Shown: positions 48,346 through 60,626 of the stretch, one piece after another
Layout: every line of letters begins with the position of its first letter
Position numbering within the stretch: position 1 is the first letter of the stretch
Source: Macrostomum lignano
Taxonomy: Eukaryota
Assembly (NCBI GenBank): GCA_002269645.1
Contig: NIVC01000251.1
Span: 690,699-754,698 of the forward strand
DNA length: 64,000 bases
Direction of reading: 5' to 3'
Translations under genes and position numbers: made by a program
Notes under the pieces: generated by a model
What the model saw: the letters and a program-made list of their open reading frames with translations, nothing else
What the model was told of the DNA's origin: nothing
Database searches by the model: none

Positions 48346-48974
48346 GGATGATTATGATTCACCTAATACCCAGTAGTTTAGCTATGGTAGCTACAGTGTA
48401 TTTCATACAGTGCATTAAAGTATGTAGAGCGATTTCGGATGCACAATAATTATAAGGGAGATCGCAGGAATAAAACGAAGCAATGCATGATATGAACAGA
48501 CTGTGGCACAGGAAATAATATACGAAATGCGATCAAGGAGAATCCAGTAGACTGCAGTATACATTTATACCATATATCTGGTAAGTACAAGCACACACTT
48601 TCGATGGGAAAACATCCCTCAAATACATGTGGTCCAAACGGCCGTTTTTTACAGCTTGTATTGCCTTCATAAACTATGTGTACCTATGATGCAGAACGGT
48701 TGCAAATAACGTTTATGCTGAAAGCAAAAGCCTATATAGACAAAGTTATGGGCTAAACCAGAAGTCATTGATGGCTGTACGAGCCTACACAACGTCCATC
48801 AGCTAATGCATTTCTGCCTCGAGTATGAACGCATTTGGACCAGCCTTCATCTTGCGGCCATTTTCTTAAAACCAGACACAGACAGTCAGAATGGTAAAGA
48901 AAAAAATGAAATCTTAGGCTCGAATTTCTAAGAATTCCGAATAAGATAAACATCTAGAATTTTTATACTAGCAG

Positions 48975-49862
48975 CTGGAAAATCGAGAGTGAGAGTTGAG
49001 AATAGAGATTGAGATTTTAAAATCGATGCTAAGATTTGAGAATCGAGGGTGAAATTTGAAAATCCAATGTGAGATTTGAGAATCCAATGTGAGATTTTAG
49101 AATCAAGGCTGAGATTTGAGAATCTAGGGTGAGATTTAAGAATCGAGAGTGAGATTTGAGAATCGAGAGTGAGATTTGAGAATCGATAGTGAGATTTGAA
49201 AATCAAGGGTGAGATTTGATAATCAGGGGTGAGATTTAAGAATCGAGAGTGAGATTTGAGAATCGATAGTGAGATTTGAGAATCGATAGTGAGATTTAAG
49301 AATCAAAATTGAGATTTAAGAATCAAGAGTGAGATTTGAGAATCAAGGGTGAGATTTTAGAATCGAGGGTGAGATTTAAGAATCGTGGGTGAGAGTTTAG
49401 AATCGAGGGTGAGATGAGAACCGAGGGTGAGATTTTAGAATCGAGGGTGAGATTTTAGAATCGAGGGTGAGATTTAAGAATCGTGGGTGAGAGTTTAGAA
49501 TCGAGGGTGAGATTTAAGAATCGTGGGTGAGAGTTTAGAATCGAGGGTGAGATTTAAGAATCGTGGGTGAGAGTTTAGAATCGAGGGTGAGATGAGAACC
49601 GAGGGTGAGATTTGAGAATCGAAAGTGAGATTTGAGAATCAAGAGTGAGATTTGAGAATCAAGGGTGAGATTAAAGAATCGAGGGTGAGATTAAAGAATC
49701 AAAGGTTGGGATTTGAGAATCGAGGGTGAGATTTGAGAATCGAGAGTGAGATTTGAGCATCAAGAGTGAGATTTGAGAATCAAGGGTGAGATTAAAGAAT
49801 CGAGGGTGAGATTTGAGAATCCAGGGTGAGGTTTGAGAATCGAGTGAGAGATCTGAGAATCA
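48975..49862. repeat. 20-bp minisatellite GAGATTTGAGAATCGAGGGT
   Basis: About 44 copies. Confidence 0.94.
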
Positions 49863-50744
49863 ATTTAACCTAGGATTCGGGACACATACCTTTTGGGCAT
49901 TAGGAAAACATTGCGCCAGGAAACAAGAGCGCAATCTCGCGAAAGCAAATGACAAGTTTGACAAATCCTCTTAAAATGGTTTCCAGGGCGCAGTCGGCTC
50001 TCAAATTGCAGCTGATTGCGTGCTGCATAAGATTTCCAGGCAACAATTGTTTGTTGGAAAAATTCAGCAGCTTGCAGAAGCTATTTTAAATCAGCCTACT
50101 AGTTAGCCTACTAGTAGTAGAAGAAAAGCGTTTTCAGTAAAAAATGAATAAAAAAGCAAAATTCTCTTCACTGACGTGAAATAACATTACAGTAAAATTA
50201 AGAAGCTATCTGAGAGCTTTTAATTTAGAAAATCTTTATTATAAGCACACTACATGCCAGTTTAAACAAATATACACAAACACAGCAAAAAGAGTTTTAT
50301 TAATAAGTTGGAAGTGAATTTTTGAATTAGAATACACGATGGAGTGAGTGCTTAATTGGCAGATCAATGCCAACTTTTGAACTGATATTATTTTTCTTTA
50401 TTACGGTACTGCCAGTGAATTTTAAACACGTTAAAGCTGCACAGTGAACGTGGAATGCATCGCCAAAGTTTCTGTTTACGCTAATATAGATCAAAATCAA
50501 TGGAATGTATTAAAAAGAATTGTAAATATCAATTTAAGGTAATTTAAGCTACTTTCAGTAGAAGTTTCGCGAATTTCGCGCGATAGTAACTTTACAAATG
50601 ATGAGGAATGCTATTCAATAAATCTACTAAATATTTTTCGTAATTAAGTTGCGGATGCAAACACAATGCATGGTATGGAATAATTACAGTTTCGATGCAT
50701 AAATAACTATGCAATTTCATGTATGATTGATAGAGCTTACTTTA

Positions 50745-50905
50745 TGCATTTTCGATACATATCGGCAATGTATAAAAGTGAACTTTGTACTATAGATTTA
50801 TCTAGTCTAATTTACATACTTTCGATACATATCGCCAATATAAAAAGTGAACTTCGTACTAGTTTACGCGAGTCTAATTTACATACTTTCGATACATATC
50901 GGCAC
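50745..50905. repeat. ~68-bp tandem repeat containing TTTCGATACATATCGG
   Basis: About 2.3 copies. Confidence 0.75.
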
Positions 50906-51005
50906 GATATTTAAAAACACAAACAAGGACAGAGCAGCGTGATGAAGTGTATAAGAATAAGTTAATTTTTAAAAACTTAGGCAACCCCCAGGATTCGAAC
51001 CCCTG

Positions 51006-51215
51006 TTACGGCGCCCAAACTCGCATTGAACAATCAGCTGATCCGGTGAATAAGCGGCTATTGCACACTGCCATCGCTGTCACAATGCCTTGATGCCGTT
51101 GCAAAGTTTGAGTGCGCAGCATATTGTGCAGGCTCCACACCGCTACCGACATGTCGTGCGACCCGGATAGCAGCTTCAGACCGGCGCTGGTTCGCATCAC
51201 AGACAGGCAACTCAC
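51006..51215 (-). CDS. TRAF7: TRAF7 exon 5 (last two WD40 repeats, stop)
   Basis: ttttag acceptor; TAA stop. Confidence 0.93.
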   Translation of the reverse strand: MSCLSVMRTSAGLKLLSGSHDMSVAVWSLHNMLRTQTLQRHQGIVTAMAVCNSRLFTGSADCSMRVWAP

Positions 51216-54200
51216 CTAAAAAGGTGAAAATTAAATTAATAATAACAATGAACCATGCTGAGTGAAAATCTCACTAGAATCTTATTTATGACCAAAGCTA
51301 GAATCTCATTATGACCCAAGTGAGAATCGCATTTATGACCTAATTGAGATCTTATTTATGACCAATGCTAGAATCTCATTTATGACCAATGCTAGAATCT
51401 CATTTATGACCAAAGCTAGAATCTCATTTATGATCCAAGCTAGAATCCCAATATGACCCAAGCTAGAATCCCATTATGACCCAAGCTAGAATCCCATTAT
51501 GACCCAAGCTAGAATCCCATTATGACCCAAGCTAGAATCCCATTATGACCCAAGCTAGAATCCCATTATGACCCAAGCTAGAATCCCATTATGACCCAAG
51601 CTAGAATCCCATTATGACCCAAGCTAGAATCTCTTTATGACAAAAGCTAGAATCCCATTATGACCCAAGCTAGAATCCCATTATGACCCAAGCTAGAATC
51701 CCATTATGACCCAAGCTAGAATCTCGCCATGACTGATTTAAAACTGATCACTAACCTGACTGGAGTGGCCTCTGAGCACATGAGACGGTCTGGTTGTAGC
51801 TGACGCAACCTCTTCAGTGCTGGTCACGGCCGATGAAGAGACTGCAGCCTCATCGTTACTATGCTCTCCATCAGTTTCGACAGCAGCAATGGCTGAAGCG
51901 CTGCCCAAAGCAGTTGCAGCGGTGCCAGCAGCAGAAACAACCGGTTCTTCCAGAGCTTCCCAAACCAGTAGGAAGCCGCAACCAGTGCCAGCAATGACAA
52001 AGTCTGGCAGAACTAGAACTGAATGCACATTATTGCCCTCCTCATCTGTGCACAATGAGCGCACAGTGGAGAAGTTACACAGATCGATGACTAGCACCGA
52101 GTTGCCGCAGCCAACGTACAGCAGCTGCTGGCTGACCACCAGGGCGCGAACCCAGCGCACAAATCCAGTTAGAGTACGCAGACAGATCCTGCTAGCCAGA
52201 TCCCAGACCTTCACCAGAGTGAATGAGCCCGAGAATAAATAGAGCTTGGAGACACACAGGGTGCTGACGCTGTCTGTGTGACCTTTGAGCGTCTGTCCAA
52301 TAGAGGGGGGAGGGGTGGGGATTGAGTAGAAACTGTAGACACAGGCTATAAGCTTAATTGCGCACCCGATAAGCATAGAGTAGCTTTGAAGAAATACCAA
52401 CAGACATTAGGTATCTCCTAACTATACCCAAAGACATAGAGTACCACCTAATAAATACGAGTACCTCACGGACATGTGGCCGATTAAATAAATACCTACG
52501 CGGATGGATAGTCAATAAATACCCAAGGACACAGACTAGATTAAACACATACCCAAGGACACAGAGTAGCTCAAACACATACCCAAGGACACATACTAGC
52601 TCAAACACATACCCAAGGACACATACTAGCTCAAACACATACCCAAGGACACATCTAGATTAAACACATACCCAAGGACACATACTAGCTCAAACACATA
52701 CCCAAGGACACAGACTAGATTAAACACATACCCAAGGACACAGAGTAGCTCAAACACATACCCAAGGACACATACTAGCTCAAACACATACCCAAGGACA
52801 GAGTAGATTAAACACATACCCAAGGACACAGACTAGCTCAAACAAATACCAAAGGACAGACTGGATCAAACACATACCCAAGGACACAAAACCGCTTAAA
52901 AACATACCCATGGACACATGCTAGCCTAAACACACCAAATAGAAGAGCCCCCACCTTCAAGCAGGTACCGAACTCCGCAGACGCGGGCGCCACATCCCAA
53001 ACTCGAATTGTATTATCCTGCGATCCAGAAAACAACACCGAACCAGTCAGCGCCAAGGACAACACGGGCCCGTCGTGTCCATCGAGAGTTTTCAGCAGCT
53101 CATTGCTACTGCTAACCTGCCACATTTTCACTGATTTATCGCCGCTAGCAGAGTACAGGTAGTCCCCGCCGCCCAGTAGGCACCAGATCGGGCCTCGATG
53201 ACCTACAAATGTACCTAGACATTTGAAGGTTTGCCAAACATTTCCTCCAGGCTGTACACTGGCTATAGATGACACCAGCTCGTTGACTACTACGATGGCT
53301 TCTTGTAGCCGATCTTGTTTGGCCAGCGAGTCCGCCAGGAGGTCCTGATGCTCAGCTTGGTTGATCTCCAGCAACTGTAGCCGGTCAGTCACGTGACGAT
53401 CAAGACGGTCGAGACGTTCGACAACGCCGCTGAGCATCACGCGTATGCGTTCGGATTCCGCCGTACGCTGTTCTAGCTGTTCTTCTAAGTGGCGAATCTG
53501 ATGGAAAATAGATAAAATACACGTGTTGCTTTATCACACTACTGAGTTAGTAATGCTGAACGTTTTTCGTCATAGGAGTCCTAAAAAATCACAGAGTTTT
53601 GAAAAATCTCAGAGTATTAAAGTCCCGAAATTTTGTATCTCTCTCTCTAAGTCTTTGATACCAAGTCTTCAAATCCCCAAAAAATCTCAAAGTCTCAAAG
53701 CCCCAAATAACCTGAGTTTTGAAGGCCCACCAAAAAATCTCAAAGTCCCGAAGTCTTAGAAAGTTCAAACTTTTGGAGTCCCAGAAAATCTTAAAGTCTC
53801 GAAGTCCCAAAAAATCTCAAAAGTCCCGGAGTCCCAAAAACTCAAAAGTCTCGAAGTCCCAAAAAATCTCAAAAGTCCCGGAGTCCCAAAAAATCTCAAA
53901 AGTCCCGGAGTCCCAAAAAACTAAAAAAACGCGGAGTCCAAAAAAATCTCAAAAGTCTCGAAGTCCCAAAAAACTCAAAAGTCCCGGAGTCCCAAAAAAT
54001 CTCAAAAGTCTCGAAGTCCCGAAAATGACGGCATAAACAAACCTGCTTCTCCATTCGCTGCCGGGCGCCAACGCAGACGCTGGAACAAGAAGTGCCATTG
54101 CCGCCGCAATCGGACTCGTGCTCCTGAAGATCACGCAGTTTCACAGTCAGCCCGCAGCCTCTGCTGCAAACTGCTGGACTATGCGGACAACAATTCTCGT

Positions 54201-55638
54201 GCTCCAACCGGTTGCCCAGACGTATTTCGGCGTTGCAACCGGAAGGATCAACTTCATAGCTGGAGCAGCCGCCTACCAGAGACGATGGAGATGTTAATCC
54301 GGAGTCTGGAGACTCAGCGTTCGGTCGTTTGACCCGGAGACCGTAGCGGCATCGAATGAGAAGGTCTCCAACTTGATCGCATAGTGCTAGATTGACAACT
54401 AGAGGCTTGGCAGGCACGTTGTGACGGGGGCAGGGCACTGGAGTGAAGGCGCGATTAAGAAAAGTTTGTATTAACTTTCTAGCAATGCTTTAGAGAGCGG
54501 TTTTTAGGTAATTGGGCCGATTTTCAAAGTGGTAATTGGGGCAATTTTTCAATGATAATTGGGGCCATTTTTCAATGGTAATTGGGGCCATTTTTCAATG
54601 GTAATTGGGGCCATTTTTCAATGGTAATTGGGGCCATTTTTCAATGGTAATTGGGGCGATTTTTCAATGGTAATTGGGGCGATTTTTAAAGCGGTAATTA
54701 GGGCGATTTTCAATGATAATTGGGGCGATTTTTAATGGTAATTGGGGCGATTTTCAAAGTGGTAATTGGGGCGATTTTCAAAGTGGTAATTGGGCCGATT
54801 TTCAAAGTGGTAATTGGGCCGATTTTCAAAGTGGTAATTGGGCCGATTTTCAAAGTGGTAATTGGGCCGATTTTCAAAGTGGTAATTGGGCCGATTTTCA
54901 AAGTGGTAATTGGGCCGATTTTCAAAGTGGTAATTGGGCCGATTTTCAAAGTGGTAATTGGGCCGATTTTCAAAGTGGTAATTGGGCCGATTTTCAAAGT
55001 GGTAATTGGGCCGATTTTCAAAGTGGTAATTGGGCCGATTTTCAAAGTGGTAATTGGGCCGATTTTCAAAGTGGTAATTGGGCCGATTTTCAAAGTGGTA
55101 ATTGGGCCGATTTTCAAAGTGGTAATTGGGCCGATTTTCAATGGTAATGGGGGCGATTATTCAGTGGTAATTGGGCCAATTTTTCAATGGTAATTGGGGC
55201 AATTTTTCAATGGTAATTGGGGCGAGTTTTCAATGGTAATGGGGGCGATTTTTAAAGCGGTAATTAGGGCGATTTTCAATGGTAATTGGGGAGTTTTTTA
55301 AAGTGGTAATTGGGCATTGGGGCGATTATTCAGTGGTAATTAGGGCGATTTTTCAGTGGTAATTAGGGAGATTTTCAAAGTGGTAATTGGGGAGTTTTTT
55401 AAAGAGATATCAAAGAGATATTTATCAAAGTACAAAGTGATTGGAATATTCTCTAAGAAATGACTACAGCAAAAAGCGTTCACCAACCAGTCTCATCCGC
55501 AATACACCGGTGACAGAAGCTGTCACCGCAAGAGGCTGTAAATGGATTTCTAAACACGTTGCCGCAGATTCTGCACAGCAAACCGTCTGGTGGCGGCGAG
55601 GCGAACACCGTCGGCGGCGGGTCAGCGTCGGCTTCCAT
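51006..55638 (-). CDS. TRAF7: TRAF7-like RING E3 ligase with C-terminal WD40 repeats (5 exons, 611 aa)
   Basis: Exons 55638-55488, 54437-54043, 53497-52955, 52292-51756 and 51215-51006 splice in frame (1836 nt). Motifs matching TRAF7: VFASPP..LLC, VVNLALCDQVGDLLIRCRYG, EVDPSGC, FKCLGTFVGHRGPIWCL, LTGFVRWVRALV, TQTLQRHQGIVTAMAV...VW. Confidence 0.95.
51270..51725. repeat. 23-bp minisatellite CCCATTATGACCCAAGCTAGAAT, TRAF7 intron 4
   Basis: Tandem array. Confidence 0.93.
51756..52292 (-). CDS. TRAF7: TRAF7 exon 4 (central WD40 repeats and low-complexity insertion)
   Basis: ggacag and gttagt; 537 nt. Confidence 0.92.
52515..52915. repeat. 30-bp minisatellite ACACATACCCAAGGACACAGACTAGCTCAA, TRAF7 intron 3
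   Basis: Tandem array. Confidence 0.93.
52955..53497 (-). CDS. TRAF7: TRAF7 exon 3 (coiled coil and first WD40 repeats)
   Basis: catcag and gtgggg; 543 nt. Confidence 0.93.
53575..54022. repeat. ~27-bp minisatellite AAAAAATCTCAAAAGTCCCGGAGTCCC, TRAF7 intron 2
   Basis: Tandem array. Confidence 0.9.
54043..54437 (-). CDS. TRAF7: TRAF7 exon 2 (RING end and TRAF zinc finger)
   Basis: ctccag and gtttgt. Confidence 0.92.
54505..55400. repeat. 24-bp minisatellite GGTAATTGGGCCGATTTTCAAAGT, TRAF7 intron 1
   Basis: Homogeneous core with degenerate flanks. Confidence 0.95.
55488..55638 (-). CDS. TRAF7: TRAF7 exon 1 (start codon and RING)
   Basis: MEADADPPPTVFASPPPDGLLCRICGNVFRNPFTASCGDSFCHRCIADET; gttggt donor in phase 1; absent from the ORF track. 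Confidence 0.88.
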
Positions 55639-55814
55639 GCATTTTAACAATATTTTCGATACATATCGGTTTTATGGTAATGGTTAGTTTAAAAGACTTA
55701 GCTTGTGAGACAATATATGTATGTACTAGCTAAATTCCTACATTATTTGGCTAGTTGTAAAAGTAGTTCAATAATAGTAGTATAGCATATTAAATATATT
55801 CAAAGCAACGTTAT

Positions 55815-56170
55815 AAAATTGGCGCCAAAATTAAGGAATGGCGCTAAACTATAGTGATGAATGGCGCCAAACTATAGTGATGAATGGCGCCAAACTATAG
55901 TGATGAATGGCGCCAAACTATAGTGATGAATGGCGCCAAACTAGTGATTAATGGCGCCAAACTATCGTAACGAATGGCGCCAAACTGTATAGTGATGAAT
56001 GGCGCCAAACTAGTGATTAATGGTGCCAAACTATCGTAACGAATGGCGCCAAACTGTATAGTGATGAATGACGCTAAACTGATATGAGCAATTGCGCCAA
56101 ACTATCGTGATGAATGGCGCCAAAACTATCGTGATAAATGGCGCCAAACTGAATTGAGCAATGGCGCTGA
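55815..56170. repeat. 23-bp minisatellite ATGGCGCCAAACTATAGTGATGA
   Basis: Tandem array upstream of TRAF7. Confidence 0.9.
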
Positions 56171-56382
56171 ACTAGATCGTGGAAGGACAGCACCAAACGA
56201 AGGATGGTAAAGAAGTACAAAAGACTCACTAAATTACATATATGCAAACGTCAGTGAGTCAAGAAATGCTATAAAACACCTAAATCTTAACACTGAAAAG
56301 CTGGACCACTTTCTGGATAAATATGGTAAATAAATAACACAAACTAAAATGCACTTAAATGCTTGATCCTACGAGCTACATA

Positions 56383-56714
56383 GGGTCGGTCTAGTGCGGT
56401 GCTCTTATGTGCTAGCGGCCCAGGCTCGATTCCAAGTGCACATATTAGTTTGGGGCCAAATTGGAATCTCGGCTTGGCTCTGCTCGTGCAATTATGCAAT
56501 TAACGCCCTTGACGGCCAGCCCCCCGACGCACAGTGAAGTGTACATGCCTAACGATAAATAAAGCCAGGGCCGCTGCAGTACACTCCTGTGTGCCTGTGC
56601 GTATGACTGCGTACGTATCCGCGCGCTTGTATGCCTGCTCAGGGGAGCCGGAGGAATGGAGAATAATACCTCTCGCCGGGTATGTGACAAAGAGTGCCAG
56701 GATGCATACAGTCC
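56383..56714 (+). mobile_element. tRNA-derived SINE, copy C
   Basis: Same family; B-box-like motif and shared core. Confidence 0.78.
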
Positions 56715-57310
56715 CATGTTTCTCATTAAGAAGCTAGATGCCTACATCAGAAAAGACCCGCGCTCACAGCACAAAGAACCGTTAACGAACACACGAGCTT
56801 GCCCGAAAATTTTTTACTTTACAAGCCAGACCAAAAAATTTACGAAGCATTCAAGGGTGTGACAGACCAGCTCAGCTCAGCGTATAGAAAAATTAAATTA
56901 TCCCATCAGCACCTCCCTTTGACTGGAAAATTCTCCGCCAAGAATGATAGATTGGATACCTAAGAACTGCATCCTTGAAACATGCATCTACCATCTGTAT
57001 CTGCTCAAGACACTTCTGTGAGTAACAGAATATTAGATTGCGTGATGGGAAAGCTTTTTGCCACCAAAATCTTATTAAATATGAATGCAAGCAGACCGGT
57101 TGCTCTGTTTAGCTTCTAGAATTTTGGCGGGAACCGCCTGGCTAATTGGCTCATCTTGAAAATAAAAGTACGTACATCAAAATAACTGCAAAAAAGCAAA
57201 TGGTAGCAACTCTATTCAAAATTTCCATCATTCATTCGTCAATCTACTGAGTTAAATAATGAAATGTTTTTTTACTTAGCTGGCAATGACCCAACTAACA
57301 GTTGGCCATG

Positions 57311-57630
57311 TGGTACCGTAGCCTCGTGGTCTTAAAGAGTTCTTACGTACCAGCGGCCCAGGCTCGATTCCAAGTGAAGTCGATTGATTTGGGGTCGAAA
57401 TTGGAATCTTGGTTTGGCTCTGCTCGTGCAAATAACGGCCTTAAGGGCCAACCTTCAAGGCACAGTGAAGTGTACATGCCTAACGATAAATAAAGTTAGG
57501 GCCCCTGAGTATGACTGCGGAAGTATCCGTGCGCTTGTGTGCCTGCTCAGAGGCGGAATGGGCAGTAATGCCTCTCGTCGGTAGTGCGACAATGTCGGTT
57601 AAAAGTGCGTTACTGGAACACATAGTCCTA
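57311..57630 (+). mobile_element. tRNA-derived SINE, copy D (most complete head)
   Basis: A-box-like TAGCCTCGTGG and B-box-like GGCTCGATTCC; shared core; CCTACCTAACTA tail. A further short fragment lies at about 58313-58335. Confidence 0.78.
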
Positions 57631-59642
57631 CCTAACTATTTAACTTTGTGCCCGTAAAATACTCGTAATGAAATAATAATTTGACATTAACTATCCCTTT
57701 CTGGGAGAACCGTTACATTACAAATTTACAACACAAAACAGTCAGCATTTGCATTAATACAGAAACATGTGTTCTAGGATTTAAGCATCTGCGTCTTTGC
57801 ATAGCCATCTGTTAAAGACAGAAAATTCCACGACTAGACAACCAAGGCGAGGGCGAGGAGAGAGGCACAGATTCCCCAGGGACTCTAATCTGTTCGGAAG
57901 ACACGAGCTAGGGGGGGGGACTGGAGGACACCAGCGAGTAGCGAGAAAATGTACTAAAAGAGCCGAAGGGAATATTATTAGACAAGAAAAAAGGCTAAGA
58001 GACGGCTGCTAAGCTAGGAGTCGAACGCATCGCCCATATGGTCATAAAATAGGCACAGTTTTACTATCATCGAGGAGAGAATAGATACCGATCAAGTTTC
58101 TCGTCAGCATAGGGTGAAAGCGACAGTAATAGTACACGTAGCACGTAGCTTGGGGAATTGTAGTCTATCTATCTAAATAAAAAAACTGATATATTGTGTC
58201 ATAAGTCATTTCGAATCGATGTTTTTTAACGTCATAGCGTTTCCAAGTGACGTGCTTTCACAGGGTTGAAATCTCACAACGTAGAAAATCCAAATAGGTC
58301 CTATGAATCTGAATTGGAATCTCGGCTTGGGTCTGTTTGTACAATCAATATTTTTGTCATCCCGAATTTGGACCCTGGATGCAGATTGCAGTGTGATTTT
58401 GAGGCTTAAAATTCACTTCAAAATTAATAATCTGAATTGATGAATGAAACTGTGACAAAAAATTGATCAAAAAATGTCTCACGCTGGCATGGAAGCCTTT
58501 GTTAACCATGAAATTATAAAAATGAGACTGTAAGCTATAAAGATTAGAACGAATCGATAAACGGAATTGAAGCCCCCTATAACGAAGGTAAGCAAACACA
58601 GTTTAGGTGCATGCAGCATGCAGTGTTTTTATATTGGTTCTGTACTCCCCAATAATCTCAGTGTATTTACTTACTTCTCTCAAACCCGACCAATCGTTCT
58701 GAGTACTTTAGCCTAATCCCAATATACACAAACCCTGGACAGACCTTGAGTGCCTATGAGATTAACAAACATTATTAAGCATTGGGAGAATTTCTTTAAA
58801 CACAAAAATTCTGTCGGTTAGTTAAATATGTGAAAAAAAGAAACATTAAATTTCTCGGTCTGAATGATTTTTTGTTGATTGTTGAAAGTAGGCTACTAGC
58901 GGTCGATTGCTTAAGCAACTACTGAAGGGTACAAGAGTGCAGCCAATTGCTGCTAGTGCTATAAGGGCGCGGGCATGCATTCGGTGAGGGATTAGGAACC
59001 AACAATTAATAATTTGCTTTTTAAGCACTCCAAACTTCAAGCATACAATAATAATGCTTAACGCACCCCCTCTCTGAATTCACACGATTTTGGGAATCCT
59101 TGAAAAGATCGAAGCCCTTCAGCAATGTTTTATGGAATACATACATGTACAATACAAAAAGTAATGACTGCTTGAGAATTAAACTATAGTGACTGCTACT
59201 TACTAAAACGCATTGAATGGTCACAAAAGTCTAGGATGTACTTATGCCGAATTATGACCTCATAAATATATTCTATATTCTATATTAACTAAGATCTGCA
59301 TGCTAGCTAGGGAGTGAAACTAATAAAACATACTAGCGTGAATAATTAGACTGGAAACTTTCGCGAGCTAATTTTCTAAGGATTAGGCCTCCAGGGTCAA
59401 CAGAGAGGGCTGACAGAATTAACAGGCCGGGGAAAGGTTTAACTGGAAAAAGAAAATTACTTCTCAACTAAAGGCTACTCGCTCACTTTTCTGTCAAAAA
59501 TATAATTGAAGACGCAATACGAAAGCCCTATGTAAGCGTGACCCACAGACAGAAAGTACAATTTTAAGCAAACCAGCAATAAGATGCTACATATCTATCT
59601 CACTCTACGAAGAGCAAATAAATACGTCTGTTAATAGTATAA

Positions 59643-60626
59643 TATAGGATTTTTCGTTTGATTTCATAAAATAGCCATTTGATTTCGTCCATAGAAGTTG
59701 GCAGCGCGGCCATAGAGTCTATGGCAATAAAGTGCACTGTTTTCCGATTGAATTCATAACTTTGCCACTTCATTTCGACATACCCAGTAGAAAGGCAACA
59801 GAAAAGTCGATGCGCTTGTCCAGTACAGAAAGAACTGTTAAAAACAGAAAGCTGTGTATTTAAGTCACATGAGGAAGTAGGCAGTTCAACAGTGAAATCA
59901 GTTATGTCCGCCAAAGTTAATGCTCGTTCGCAGCAACAAGCTACAAATTTCACATTATCTGCTGCTCATTGATGCACAGGGGCAGAAACCGCATCACATG
60001 TCGTTCCTAGGCAAGGCACTTCGAGGCGGAAATTTCCTCTAGTGCAACGTAGCCGCAGCGGAAAAGCACCATGAGTCTCCACTGCGTTAGGTTGATGCCA
60101 TCAGGCGGATTGCTAAGTTCCTGTTGAAGCTCAGGTGTTGCTAGCTGGCGTTTAAGCGAAGCCTTGAGACAACTGTGTGCCTGCTCCGCGGCGTTAAGAA
60201 ATGGAGTACACTTCACTATGGAGTACACTGTCTGTTTGTTGATGTTGAGCCATCGTGCTATGTCCGTCACTTTCTCACCCCTGTTCATTGCTTCAATGAC
60301 AAGATGCCTTCTGTCGTTTCCAATGGACGCGTATGCAGCCATTTTTAGGCACACAAGGAAGGTGACTGTTGCCCAAGAAGAGGACACGTTCATATAGGCT
60401 TTTCATTTCTATGAGAGGTTTGGCCATAGATATTCACCCACTGATATCCCAGCCCCCTCTGGCAGTGTTTGAGCCACTCCGCACGCCAAGTCGAAATGAA
60501 GTAGCAAAGTTATGAATTCAATCGGAAAACAGTGCACTTTATTGCCATAGACTCTATGGCCGCGCTGCCAACTTCTATGGACGAAATCAAATGACAATTT
60601 TATGAAATCAAACGAAAAAACCTATA
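59643..60626 (-). mobile_element. Internally deleted Tc1/IS630-type DNA transposon, 137-bp TIRs, TA ends
   Basis: Near-perfect TIRs at 59643-59779 and 60490-60626; ORF 60393-60007 fuses an N-terminal HTH to the C-terminal PFLNAAEQAHSCLKA segment, homologous to ORF 32973-33362. Confidence 0.9.

Noticed and set aside
50980-51005. GGTTCGAATCC B-box / tRNA T-loop motif (minus strand) just after the TRAF7 stop
   Set aside because: No cloverleaf, A-box or acceptor stem; the upstream sequence is TRAF7 coding.
56748-56975. ~75-codon open frame downstream of SINE copy C
   Set aside because: No start codon, clear splice context or recognisable similarity.
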